From a virus (lineage: Duplodnaviria; Caudoviricetes), in the IMG/VR virus record IMGVR_UViG_3300042887_004862, positions 1-30,599 of that record: DNA of 30,599 bases, one strand, 5' to 3'. A program made the position numbers and the translations under genes. Below are positions 7,123-15,587 of the stretch, in pieces (position 1 is the stretch's first letter; each line of letters starts with the position of its first letter). The notes beneath the pieces were generated by a model that was given only the letters and a program-made list of their open reading frames with translations, was not told the origin of the DNA and made no database searches.

Positions 7123-7767
7123 ATGGAGCCGGTGCGGATCACGCTCGGCGATTTGAACGCCACGCTTTTTCTTGGGGACTGCCTAGAATTGCTTCCGACA
7201 TTGGCCGCGGGATTCGTTTATGTGACTGACCAGCCATACGGCACCGGCTGGGTTCGCGGCGGCGGTGCCGTCGGCGAGTTTAAGGCCAAGCATGAAAAGC
7301 CGGAATGGGACGTGTGGGATCTGACCTGGCTGAAAAAGCTGAACTCTCCAAAACGTATTGCGGCCTTCTGTCCGGCAGCCAGAACCGAGGAACTCTGTTA
7401 CGCGCTCACATCCCCAATGGTGATGCACTACCGGAAGAGCAACGTGCGCCCAAACGGTTTGGACCGCGAGCCAATCGTGGTAAGTCCGCCGCGTGTCCCG
7501 CGAAACGACGAATGGAAAAAGCTGGCCTACAATGGCGACATGCCATTTCACCCGTGCCAGAAGCCGCTTCCGATCATGGCGTGGTTGCTGGAATCGGTAA
7601 GCGACGAAACGGAAACGGTAGTTGATCCCTTTATGGGCAGCGGCACGACCGGCGTGGCCTGCCTGCGCACGGGCCGGAACTTCATCGGCATCGAGAAAGA
7701 CCCGAAACACTTTGCCACCGCCGTCGAGCGCCTTGAACGCGAGGCCCGCCAAGGCGTCCTCCTTTGA
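7123..7767 (+). CDS. DNA amino-methyltransferase (beta class)
   Basis: LFLGDCLE, TDQPY (DPPY variant), HPCQKP, DPFMGSGTTG, FIGIEKD. Confidence 0.9.
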   Translation: MEPVRITLGDLNATLFLGDCLELLPTLAAGFVYVTDQPYGTGWVRGGGAVGEFKAKHEKPEWDVWDLTWLKKLNSPKRIAAFCPAARTEELCYALTSPMVMHYRKSNVRPNGLDREPIVVSPPRVPRNDEWKKLAYNGDMPFHPCQKPLPIMAWLLESVSDETETVVDPFMGSGTTGVACLRTGRNFIGIEKDPKHFATAVERLEREARQGVLL

Positions 7768-7786
7768 AGAGCCCGTCTTTGCGCAC

Positions 7787-7864
7787 AAGGCAGAAGGCAG
7801 AATGCAGAATGAAGAAGGGCGGGCCTTCCGGGTTTCTGCATTCTTCCTTCCCCCTTCTGCCTTC
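7787..7864. repeat. Family B heptamer palindrome, copy 1
   Basis: aaggcagaaggcagaatgcagaatgaagaa - 17-nt GC-rich spacer - ttctgcattcttccttcccccttctgccttc. Confidence 0.92.
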
Positions 7865-7879
7865 AGGCCGCCCCGCGGC

Positions 7880-7905
7880 CACCATGGACGGCCGCCGCGC
7901 TAGGC
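7880..7905 (+). promoter_or_regulatory. CACCATGGACGGC motif, copy 2
   Basis: ATGGAC at 7884-7889, 16 nt before the portal ATG at 7906. Confidence 0.65.
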
Positions 7906-9495
7906 ATGTCGTCGCCGAAGTCCGCCGCCCGTCCGCGCCGCGTTGCCTCCCCGCGGGGGAATCGCGGCGCCGGCCGGATGCAGGCGACCGCCAGCGGTGA
8001 CGGCGTGCCGGTCGCCAGCGGTTCGTTCCTTTATCCCGGCTCCCAGGACGGCACGCAACGCGGCTGGCGCCCTGAGGTCGGCCGCGACATCGCCCGGCTG
8101 GTCACGCAATTCCGCCATCGGGCGATGGTCTCCGATGGCCGCTACATTTACACCAGCAGCGGACAGGTCCGCGGCGCGGTGAAGGAGAAGGCCGATTACA
8201 CCATCGGCTCCGCCTGGCGCCCCGTCTACCTCGGCGCCGACAAGACCTTCGCCGACGCCTTCAATGCCACGATGGCGCGCTGGACCGAGAACTGCGACCT
8301 GCGCGGCCGGCCCTTTTCGCTCGCCCGCAACGCGCACATCGCCTGCAAGTGCTTTGATACGGATGGCGACTTCTTCATCCTGCTCACGAAGAACGAGGCC
8401 GGCGAACCGCGCCTGCAATTCCTGGAGGCGCACCGCGTCGGCTCGCCCTCGGGCGAAACGCTCCTGCCGCTCGACGTGCGCCTGCCCAATGGCCGCCTGC
8501 TCAAGGCCGGCAGCATCTTCCTCAACGGCATCGTCTACGACGACTTCATGCGCCCTCTGGCGTATAATCTCGTCCAGCCGGACGCCTTCCTGCTGCCCTA
8601 CAGCGCCCGCGTCCGCGACCAATACCAGTTCCTGCCGGCCGAGTCCGTGATTCATGGCTTCGATCCCGAATGGTATTCGCAAGGCCGCGGCATCCCGAGC
8701 CTGATCTACGGCATCCTCGATTGGTATGACCTCAGCGAAATCCGCGAGGCCGAGAAGATCGCCACGAAGGCCACCGCCCGCGTGGCCATGATCGAGAGCA
8801 ACGAATCCGGCCGCGCCGGCCTGCCGAACGCGCACCTCGCCGCCGGCTCCGGCGTGACGTCCCTCGACGACATCGACACGCGCAACAAAGTCATCTCCGC
8901 CGGCCTGATCCGTTACTTCAAGGCGAACGCCGGGCACAAGCTCGAAGCCTTCCAGCCCGAGCGGCCGAACCGCGATTTGGCCGACTTCCTCGATCACATT
9001 GCCCGCAGCGCGCATCGCGGCCTCGGCTGGCCGATTGACATGCACGACATGAGCAAGATCGGCGGCGCCGCCGTGCGCTCCGTCATGGGCCAGATCCAGC
9101 GCAGCGTGGCGCAGCGGCAGGACGCCCTCTGGACGCCGCTGCTGTCCGCCGTGCTCTACGCGACCGGCGCCTTCCTGGGCACGGGCGCGCTGCCCTTCAC
9201 GCGGGATTGGTGGAATCTCGCCTTCACCCTGCCGAGCAAGCCCAGCGTCGACATCGGCCGCGACAGCCAGAACCGCCGCGCCGACGTGGCGATGGGCCTG
9301 CGTTCGCTCAGCGAAATTGCCGAGGAAGACGGCAGCACCGCCGAGGAACTGCTCCGCCGCCGGGCCAACGACTGGCTGCTCCGCGAACGCATCGCCACCG
9401 AAACCGGCGTGCCGCCCACGGCCATCTTCAACCCCGACGTCGAGGTCGGCCAGCCGATGGAGCCCCAAATCACGGTCAACGATCCCAACGCATGA
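7906..9495 (+). CDS. Portal protein (lambda family)
   Basis: 529 aa; DGDFFI, LQFLEAHRV, QGRGIP motif; between terminase and S49 protease. Confidence 0.88.
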   Translation: MSSPKSAARPRRVASPRGNRGAGRMQATASGDGVPVASGSFLYPGSQDGTQRGWRPEVGRDIARLVTQFRHRAMVSDGRYIYTSSGQVRGAVKEKADYTIGSAWRPVYLGADKTFADAFNATMARWTENCDLRGRPFSLARNAHIACKCFDTDGDFFILLTKNEAGEPRLQFLEAHRVGSPSGETLLPLDVRLPNGRLLKAGSIFLNGIVYDDFMRPLAYNLVQPDAFLLPYSARVRDQYQFLPAESVIHGFDPEWYSQGRGIPSLIYGILDWYDLSEIREAEKIATKATARVAMIESNESGRAGLPNAHLAAGSGVTSLDDIDTRNKVISAGLIRYFKANAGHKLEAFQPERPNRDLADFLDHIARSAHRGLGWPIDMHDMSKIGGAAVRSVMGQIQRSVAQRQDALWTPLLSAVLYATGAFLGTGALPFTRDWWNLAFTLPSKPSVDIGRDSQNRRADVAMGLRSLSEIAEEDGSTAEELLRRRANDWLLRERIATETGVPPTAIFNPDVEVGQPMEPQITVNDPNA

Positions 9496-10352
9496 CGCCC
9501 TATCCCCGCATCGCCGCCGCGCTCCTGTCCGCCCGCTGGTGCATCACGCCCGCCGCGCTCGCCGCCATCCGCAACACCTTCGAGGCTGCCTGCGCCGGCC
9601 GGCTCCGCGCCGATGAGCACATGCCCATGCCCGGGCAGCCCGAAGATTACGAGGAGGCCGCGCCCGTCATGGCCGAGGGCATCCTCGTCGTGCCCGTGCA
9701 CGGCGTCTGCGCCCGTTACCTCTCCGCGATGGAAACGGACTGCGGCGGCCTCGACCTCAACGACACCGAAAAGACGCTTCGCGAAGCGCAAGCCGATCCG
9801 CGCGTGCAAGGCATCGTCCTGCATTTCAACTCGCCCGGCGGCACCGTGACCGGCATTCCCGAGCTGGCGTCCCTCATTCGCACGATCAGCGAGACCAAGC
9901 CCGTCATCGCCTTCACGGATGCCCAGTGCTGCTCCGCCGCCTACTGGCTCGCGAGCGCCTGCGATTCCATCGTCGTCACGCCCACGGCCGACGTCGGCTC
10001 CATCGGCGTCTATTCCGCGCTGGTCGATGAATCGGCCGCCTGGGCGCAGGAAGGCTACAAGCTGGAGCTGATGAAGGCCGGCAAGCACAAGGCGATGGGC
10101 ATTCCCGGCCTGCCGCTGGCGCCCGAGGACCGCGCCCTCATCCAAGCGGAAGTCGATTCGATCTACGCCATGTTCACGGCGGACGTCGTGGCCAATCGCG
10201 CCCGCAACGGCGCCACCGTGGCCGAAGACACGATGCAGGGGCAGACCTTCATGGGCGGCACCGCCGCCGCCGTGGGCCTCGCGGACCGCGTCGTGGGCAG
10301 CCTCACGGACCTCCTCGCCGCTCTCACCATGGACGGCCGCGCAACTCAGTAA
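9492..10352 (+). CDS. S49 (SppA-like) prohead maturation protease
   Basis: ATG 9492 overlaps the portal stop; HFNSPGG, CSAAYWLAS, VGSIGV, AGKHK. Confidence 0.92.
   Translation: MTPYPRIAAALLSARWCITPAALAAIRNTFEAACAGRLRADEHMPMPGQPEDYEEAAPVMAEGILVVPVHGVCARYLSAMETDCGGLDLNDTEKTLREAQADPRVQGIVLHFNSPGGTVTGIPELASLIRTISETKPVIAFTDAQCCSAAYWLASACDSIVVTPTADVGSIGVYSALVDESAAWAQEGYKLELMKAGKHKAMGIPGLPLAPEDRALIQAEVDSIYAMFTADVVANRARNGATVAEDTMQGQTFMGGTAAAVGLADRVVGSLTDLLAALTMDGRATQ
10325..10350 (+). promoter_or_regulatory. CACCATGGACGGC motif, copy 3 (inside the 3' end of the protease gene)
   Basis: ATGGAC at 10329-10334, upstream of the scaffold/capsid genes (ATG 10380). Confidence 0.55.
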
Positions 10353-10379
10353 CGTCGGAAAACCTATGCAAAAACTACG

Positions 10380-10865
10380 ATGACCATCTTCGGCAAATCC
10401 GCTCGCGACACGTTCCTGATGGCCGCCCTCGCCCAGGCCGGCATCACGGAAGAAACCGTCACCGCCGCGCAGGCGGCGAACAACCTGGCGTTCCTCGGAG
10501 CGAAGAGTCCGCAGGAACAGGCGTTGCACAGCGACCTCCTGCAAGCCCGCGAGGAAAATGCCAAGCTCAAGGCGCTCGAAGCCAGCCTCAAGGGCACGGC
10601 GATTTCGCTCGGCGCGACTGAGTTTTCCGTGGAAGCCATTACCGCCGCGGTCGAGGCCCGCGAAGCCGCCGCCCGCCAGGCCGGCGAGGACGCCGCCACG
10701 CTCCGCGCCGCCAGCGAACTCGCCGCCCGCGGCCATGCGCCAGTCGCCACCGCGCCCGGAGCCGCCGCCGACAACGCCCAGAAGAAACCCGGCGAAGGGC
10801 TCACGGGCCTCGCCAGGGTCACCGCCATTTTCCAGGCCGAGCAGGTTGCTGCGCGGCAGAACTAA
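10380..10865 (+). CDS. Scaffold-like protein
   Basis: Ala/Glu-rich helical protein between protease and capsid. Confidence 0.55.
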   Translation: MTIFGKSARDTFLMAALAQAGITEETVTAAQAANNLAFLGAKSPQEQALHSDLLQAREENAKLKALEASLKGTAISLGATEFSVEAITAAVEAREAAARQAGEDAATLRAASELAARGHAPVATAPGAAADNAQKKPGEGLTGLARVTAIFQAEQVAARQN

Positions 10866-10883
10866 ACCCAAACCAAACGATTC

Positions 10884-11807
10884 ATGCCACACACCCTGCT
10901 CGACATCGCGAAGCTTAACGGCTCCGACAAAGTCGTGGGCCTGATCGAGGAGTCTCTGGTGCTTGCGCCGGAAGTCTCGCTCTTTCCTGCTCGCACCATC
11001 CGCGGCACGTCCTACAAGACCGTCGTCCGCACTGCCCTCCCGACCACGCAGTTCCGCGCCGCCAATGAAGGCGTGACGGGCTCGCAATCCACGTTCACCA
11101 ACCGCCTCGTCGAGACCTTCATCCTCGACGCGCAGATCAAGGTCGACAAGGCCGTGGCTGATGCCTACGAGGACGGCCCCGCCGCGCTCCAGGCCATCGA
11201 GGCCGCGGGCGTCGTCGGCTCCGCGCTCAAGTTGCTTGGCAGCCAGATCTGGTATGGCCTCGGCACGGGCGGCGACAGCAAGGGCTTTCCCGGCGCGCTG
11301 GGCATGCACGATACGACCAACATGGTCGTCGATGCCACCGGCAGCACCGAAGACACCTGCTCGTCTGTCTGGGGCGTGAAGTTCGGCCCGCAATACGCCC
11401 AGATGGTGCTGGGCAACAACGGCTCGCTGACCCTCTCCGACTGGATGTCGCAGCAGGTCACCGACGCCAACAGCAAGCTCTTCACGGCCTACTGTGCCGC
11501 GCTGACGGCGTATCCCGGCCTGCAAGTCGGCAACCTCTACAGCGTCGGCCGCATCAAGAAGCTGACCGAGGATTCCGGCAAGGGCCTGACCGATGGCCTG
11601 GTCGCGAGCCTGCTCCAGAAGTTCCAGACGAACCTGGGCATGTTCCCCGACGTGCTGTTCATGACCCCGCGCTCGCTTTACCAGCTTCGCGCCAGCCGCA
11701 CCGCCACGACCCCGGGCGGAACGCCCGCGCCGATCCCCACCGAGGTCTTCGGTGTGCCGATCCAAGTCACCAACCAGATTCGCAACAACGAGAAGCTGGC
11801 CCTGTAA
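10884..11807 (+). CDS. Major capsid protein
   Basis: 307 aa; position; FRAANEG, VDKAVAD and C-terminal GVPIQVTNQI resemble HK97-fold capsid proteins. Confidence 0.85.
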   Translation: MPHTLLDIAKLNGSDKVVGLIEESLVLAPEVSLFPARTIRGTSYKTVVRTALPTTQFRAANEGVTGSQSTFTNRLVETFILDAQIKVDKAVADAYEDGPAALQAIEAAGVVGSALKLLGSQIWYGLGTGGDSKGFPGALGMHDTTNMVVDATGSTEDTCSSVWGVKFGPQYAQMVLGNNGSLTLSDWMSQQVTDANSKLFTAYCAALTAYPGLQVGNLYSVGRIKKLTEDSGKGLTDGLVASLLQKFQTNLGMFPDVLFMTPRSLYQLRASRTATTPGGTPAPIPTEVFGVPIQVTNQIRNNEKLAL

Positions 11808-11839
11808 CTCACCCAAGCGACCCCTAACTACCCAAGAAC

Positions 11840-12268
11840 ATGGCCAACGAATTCGCCAGAAATCGGCAAGACGCGTCGCTTAATCCAGCGACCTTCGCCC
11901 TGCCCACCACGCTGCTCGCCGCGGGCTCCAAACAGAGCGCCGCGATTGACCTCGGCGCCGACACCTACGAGAACGAAAGCTTCGAACTCGAACTGAGCAT
12001 CCCGGCGCTCAGCTCCACGATTGCTCCCGCGGGCTCAACCGGTGGCGTGACCTACGCCATCGAATCGGGCACGACCAGCACGTTCACGACCGCGACGCGC
12101 ACGATTGTCTCGCAGACGATTGCGGGCAGCGCCAACGGCGTGGCCGAAACCGCGCTGCGGTGCCGCGTGCCCAGCAACTGCGAACGCTACGTTCGCGCCC
12201 GCGTCACGCTGGCGACCACTTGCACGGATGCCAGCGCCGTCGCCGGCACCCTCACGATTCGCTTCTGA
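11840..12268 (+). CDS. Putative capsid decoration/virion protein
   Basis: Beta-rich, Thr/Ala-rich protein with RYVRAR; follows the capsid gene and precedes a terminator. Confidence 0.5.
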   Translation: MANEFARNRQDASLNPATFALPTTLLAAGSKQSAAIDLGADTYENESFELELSIPALSSTIAPAGSTGGVTYAIESGTTSTFTTATRTIVSQTIAGSANGVAETALRCRVPSNCERYVRARVTLATTCTDASAVAGTLTIRF

Positions 12269-12300
12269 TCGGCCGCCTTCCCGATCGGAACTCATGCCGG

Positions 12301-12334
12301 CGCCGCCCTTGACTCACGTCGGGGGCGGCGTTTT
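12301..12334 (+). terminator. Intrinsic terminator after the head genes
   Basis: cgccgccc-ttgac-tcac-gtcgg-gggcggcg stem followed by tttt. Confidence 0.65.
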
Positions 12335-12370
12335 GGCGGAGACTCCACCGAAGGCATAGCAACTGAAGGC

Positions 12371-13504
12371 ATGAACGAAATCGAAGGCACCCCGAAGAAA
12401 GTTCCCACGCTCTCCGCCTGCTTCATCGCAGGCAACGAGGCGCACTGCATCGGCAACATCCTGCGCGACATCCGCGACCACGTCGACGAGGTCGTGATCG
12501 TCAAGGCCGTAGGCAATCAGATGCACGATTCCACGGCGCTGGTCGCCCTGGACTGCATCGCCGAAAAGAAGCTGCACCTCGCCGCCTACGGCAACCGCGA
12601 CGAGACGCTGCCGCACATCGACGACTTCGCCGCGGCCCGCAACAAGTCGTTTTCCCTGGCCGCCGGCGACTGGATCCTCTGGCTCGACTGCGATGACCGC
12701 GTGACGCCCGAGAACATGGCCCGCATCCGCGAAGCCATCGCCACCGTGCCCGACGACGTCAACGCGCTCTTCTGCTCCTACGCCATCGCCGACAAGGGCA
12801 GCGTCATCCTGCGCGAGCGCCTGATCCGCAACGGCAAGGGCAAATGGCGCGGCGCGATTCACGAAACCTGCGTCGTCGAGGGCAAGGCCCTGGAATGCCC
12901 GCAGATCGTCATCCATCACACCGACCCCGATCCGGCCAAGAGCGAAGGCAGCGCCCGCCGCAATCTGGCGATCCTCGACCGCGTCCTCGATCAATACCCG
13001 CGGCACCTCTTCTACCGCCACGCCGAGCACGTCCGCCTGGGCAACGTGGACGCCGCCCGCGCCGATGGCCTGGCCGCGCTCGCCTGCCTGCACAAGGACA
13101 ACGCCGAGGAACGTTACCTCGTGCATCTCAACCTGGCCGAACTGGAGCCCGACCGCGCCGAGGCCCACCTCGCCGCCGCCGTGCAACTCCAGCCGCACCG
13201 CCGCGAAGCCTTCGCCATGCTCGTGCAATATCACACGCGCCGCGGGCAGGTCAGCCAGGCCACGTCCTACTTCCGCATGCTGGATGCCTTGCCCGTGCCC
13301 GCGCCGCTCCCGTGGACGCACCAGGCCTGCTGGTATGGCAAAGCCTGGGGCCGGAATTACCTGCGCGTGCGCCTGCTCCGCGCCGCCGGCCAGCACGAAC
13401 AGGCCGCCGGGGAACACGCCGCCAACCTGCTCGACCCCGAATACCGCGCCCACACCGCCGCGCTGGATCTCGACCAACCGACCCAAGACACAAACCCGAA
13501 CTGA
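12371..13504 (+). CDS. GT2 glycosyltransferase with TPR-like C-terminus
   Basis: LSACFIAGNE, DDFAAARN, WILWLDCDD (DxD), WRGAIHE, helical C-terminal half with PHRREA. Confidence 0.85.
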   Translation: MNEIEGTPKKVPTLSACFIAGNEAHCIGNILRDIRDHVDEVVIVKAVGNQMHDSTALVALDCIAEKKLHLAAYGNRDETLPHIDDFAAARNKSFSLAAGDWILWLDCDDRVTPENMARIREAIATVPDDVNALFCSYAIADKGSVILRERLIRNGKGKWRGAIHETCVVEGKALECPQIVIHHTDPDPAKSEGSARRNLAILDRVLDQYPRHLFYRHAEHVRLGNVDAARADGLAALACLHKDNAEERYLVHLNLAELEPDRAEAHLAAAVQLQPHRREAFAMLVQYHTRRGQVSQATSYFRMLDALPVPAPLPWTHQACWYGKAWGRNYLRVRLLRAAGQHEQAAGEHAANLLDPEYRAHTAALDLDQPTQDTNPN

Positions 13505-13505
13505 C

Positions 13506-13934
13506 ATGGCCGCCTTCAATCAAGTCACCCTCATCGGCAACCTGACGCGGACGCCCGAGCTGCGCTACCTGCCGAGGGGCACCGCGGTTTGCCGTGTCTC
13601 GCTCGCGATCAATCGCAAGTGGCGCACCGAAGCCGGCGAGGAACGCGAGGAGGTCACCTTCGTGGACTGCGACGCGTGGGGCAAAACCGCCGAACTCATC
13701 GCCGCGTATTGTCAGAAAGGCGACCCGCTGTTCGTGACCGGCCGCCTCAAGCTCGACACCTGGAAGGACAAGACCACGAACGAAGACCGCAGCCGCCTCG
13801 GCGTCGTAATTGAGCAGATGCAATTCCTCCGCCCCAAATCCGCCGGCGACCGCCCGGCCAAACCCAAACCCGCCCCCGCCGCCGAGGGGCCCGGCGCCCC
13901 AGCCTCGCCCATCGACGACGAAGTCCCCTTCTGA
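13506..13934 (+). CDS. ssb: Single-stranded DNA-binding protein
   Basis: ATG 13506; FNQVTLIGNLTRTPELRY, KGDPLFVTGRL, acidic tip DDEVPF. Confidence 0.95.
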   Translation: MAAFNQVTLIGNLTRTPELRYLPRGTAVCRVSLAINRKWRTEAGEEREEVTFVDCDAWGKTAELIAAYCQKGDPLFVTGRLKLDTWKDKTTNEDRSRLGVVIEQMQFLRPKSAGDRPAKPKPAPAAEGPGAPASPIDDEVPF

Positions 13935-13968
13935 GCCTTCTGCCTTCTTCATTCTACCTTCTGCCTTC
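13935..13968. repeat. Family B orphan right arm
   Basis: gccttctgccttcttcattctaccttctgccttc fills the ssb to head-tail gene gap. Confidence 0.85.
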
Positions 13969-13970
13969 AG

Positions 13971-14303
13971 ATGAGCACTTTTTCCGATCTCGTCGCCCGC
14001 GCCCAGCAACACGCCGAGGGCATCGCCGGCACCGCCGTCCGCATTGATGGCGTGGGCACGGTCCTCACCGGCGTCATCGACCGCAGCACGCATCGGCAGG
14101 AGCTGGGCGACGGCGGCTTTGCGCCCGAGGCCAACGCCACGCTCTCGCTGTCCAAGTTGCAGCTCGAAGCCGTGTGGATTCCCTGCCTCGGCGCCATCGC
14201 GACCGTCGAGGGCCGCAAATACAAGGTCGTGATGGTCGAGGAAGACGACGCCGCCTACAACCTCGGCCTGATGGACCTCAGCCAGCGCAAGCGCGCCTCG
14301 TGA
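13971..14303 (+). CDS. Head-tail joining (gpFII-like) protein
   Basis: 110 aa, beta-rich, GAIATVEGRKYKV; position after the head genes. Confidence 0.55.
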   Translation: MSTFSDLVARAQQHAEGIAGTAVRIDGVGTVLTGVIDRSTHRQELGDGGFAPEANATLSLSKLQLEAVWIPCLGAIATVEGRKYKVVMVEEDDAAYNLGLMDLSQRKRAS

Positions 14304-14304
14304 C

Positions 14305-15111
14305 ATGGACTTCCAATTCGACCAGCGCGATTTTTCCAAGCAACTGGACCGGCTTCGCCGCGTGGTCCGCAAGGACACGGGCGAACTGCTCCGGGCGCAA
14401 ACTCGCCTGTTCGTGGCCGATGCCTGCGCGCTCACCCCGCCGACCGGCGGCAATCCCCTCGGCGCGGCCGGCACCGCCCGCAATGCGACCAGCCTCCCAG
14501 GCAATTCCCTGTCTGCCCGCAAGCAGGGGCAGGACGCCGTGGCGCGCGACATTCGCCGCCTGTTTCTGAGTTTCGACGACTTGGAAATGGCCAAGGGAGA
14601 AGGGCGAATGGCGGTCAATCTGCGGGGCCTGCTCCGCGCCGGGCAATACGGCACCGCGCTCCAAGTGCTCGACCGGGCCGGCGTGCGGGTCGAGAGCATC
14701 GAGGCCACGGCGACGGTCGAAGTCCTGAACCGCCACCGGGACCGCCGCGGGCGGGTCGTTCGCGGTCGCCGCGTGCTGGTGCGCGATGGCCGCTCCATCG
14801 TGCGCCTGCTCCGCTCCCAGCAAGCCCTCGTCGGCCGGGCTAAGGCCGGCTGGAAACGCGCCGCCGATGCGCTCGGTCTGCGCCTGCCCCGCTGGATCAC
14901 GCGCCACGAGGAGCCGGGCATCTTCACGGAGCAAGGCCGTGGCGACAACCGCTCCATCATCGTCGGCAATGCGCTGGGCTATGCGCAGAAGCTGGATCAA
15001 ACCGCCAACATCATGAACCGCGCCTATCGGAACCGGCTGCGGAATCTCCGCGCCCAGGTCGAAGCCGCCACCGCCGCGGCGGCGCGCAAGGCCGGTGCCC
15101 GGGTGAAGTAA
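14305..15111 (+). CDS. Neck/tail-completion-like basic protein
   Basis: Arg-rich; ALTPP, GRAKAGW, VGNALGYA; follows the head-tail gene. Confidence 0.5.
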   Translation: MDFQFDQRDFSKQLDRLRRVVRKDTGELLRAQTRLFVADACALTPPTGGNPLGAAGTARNATSLPGNSLSARKQGQDAVARDIRRLFLSFDDLEMAKGEGRMAVNLRGLLRAGQYGTALQVLDRAGVRVESIEATATVEVLNRHRDRRGRVVRGRRVLVRDGRSIVRLLRSQQALVGRAKAGWKRAADALGLRLPRWITRHEEPGIFTEQGRGDNRSIIVGNALGYAQKLDQTANIMNRAYRNRLRNLRAQVEAATAAAARKAGARVK

Positions 15112-15177
15112 GAAGGCAGAATGCAGAATGAAGAAGGGCGCGGCCGGCCGGTTTCTGCATTCTTCATTCTGCCTTCT
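15111..15177. repeat. Family B heptamer palindrome, copy 2
   Basis: agaaggcagaatgcagaatgaagaa - 17 nt - ttctgcattcttcattctgccttct (23/25 inverted match). Confidence 0.92.
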
Positions 15178-15186
15178 TCATTCCCT

Positions 15187-15212
15187 CACCATGGACGGCC
15201 GCCGCGTCAGGC
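15187..15212 (+). promoter_or_regulatory. CACCATGGACGGC motif, copy 4
   Basis: ATGGAC at 15191-15196, 16 nt before ATG 15213. Confidence 0.65.
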
Positions 15213-15584
15213 ATGGCAAACGAGATCACGCTGGCGTCGGGACTGACCGCTTCCAAGGGCGGATTGAACGTGTCGCCGGCCACGACCAGCAAGACGCTGG
15301 ACATGTCCGGCTCCAACATGAACGACGGCAGCACCGCCGCCGTCACCGCCAGTTGGACCGCCATTGAAATGGGCTCGCTCACGACCGGCGCGGATTACTG
15401 GGCGCACCTCTATAATCTGGACGGGAACAACTTTGCCACCGTGTCGCTCAATGCCAGCACCACGCACGGCGTGATTCCGCCCGCGGCGTTCTGGGGCCCC
15501 TGCAAGATCCCGAGCGGCGTGACCGTCTCGGTCAAGGCCGACACCGCGGCGCTCACCGTCGGAACTGTCGTCTGCGCCGCATGA
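15213..15584 (+). CDS. Putative virion structural protein
   Basis: 123 aa, Ser/Thr-rich; starts MANEI, like MANEF of 11840. Confidence 0.55.
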   Translation: MANEITLASGLTASKGGLNVSPATTSKTLDMSGSNMNDGSTAAVTASWTAIEMGSLTTGADYWAHLYNLDGNNFATVSLNASTTHGVIPPAAFWGPCKIPSGVTVSVKADTAALTVGTVVCAA

Positions 15585-15587
15585 CGC

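Noticed and set aside
7878-7887. GCCACCATGG matches the eukaryotic Kozak consensus
   Set aside because: The context is a bacterial phage and this ATG is out of frame with the downstream genes; treated as coincidence
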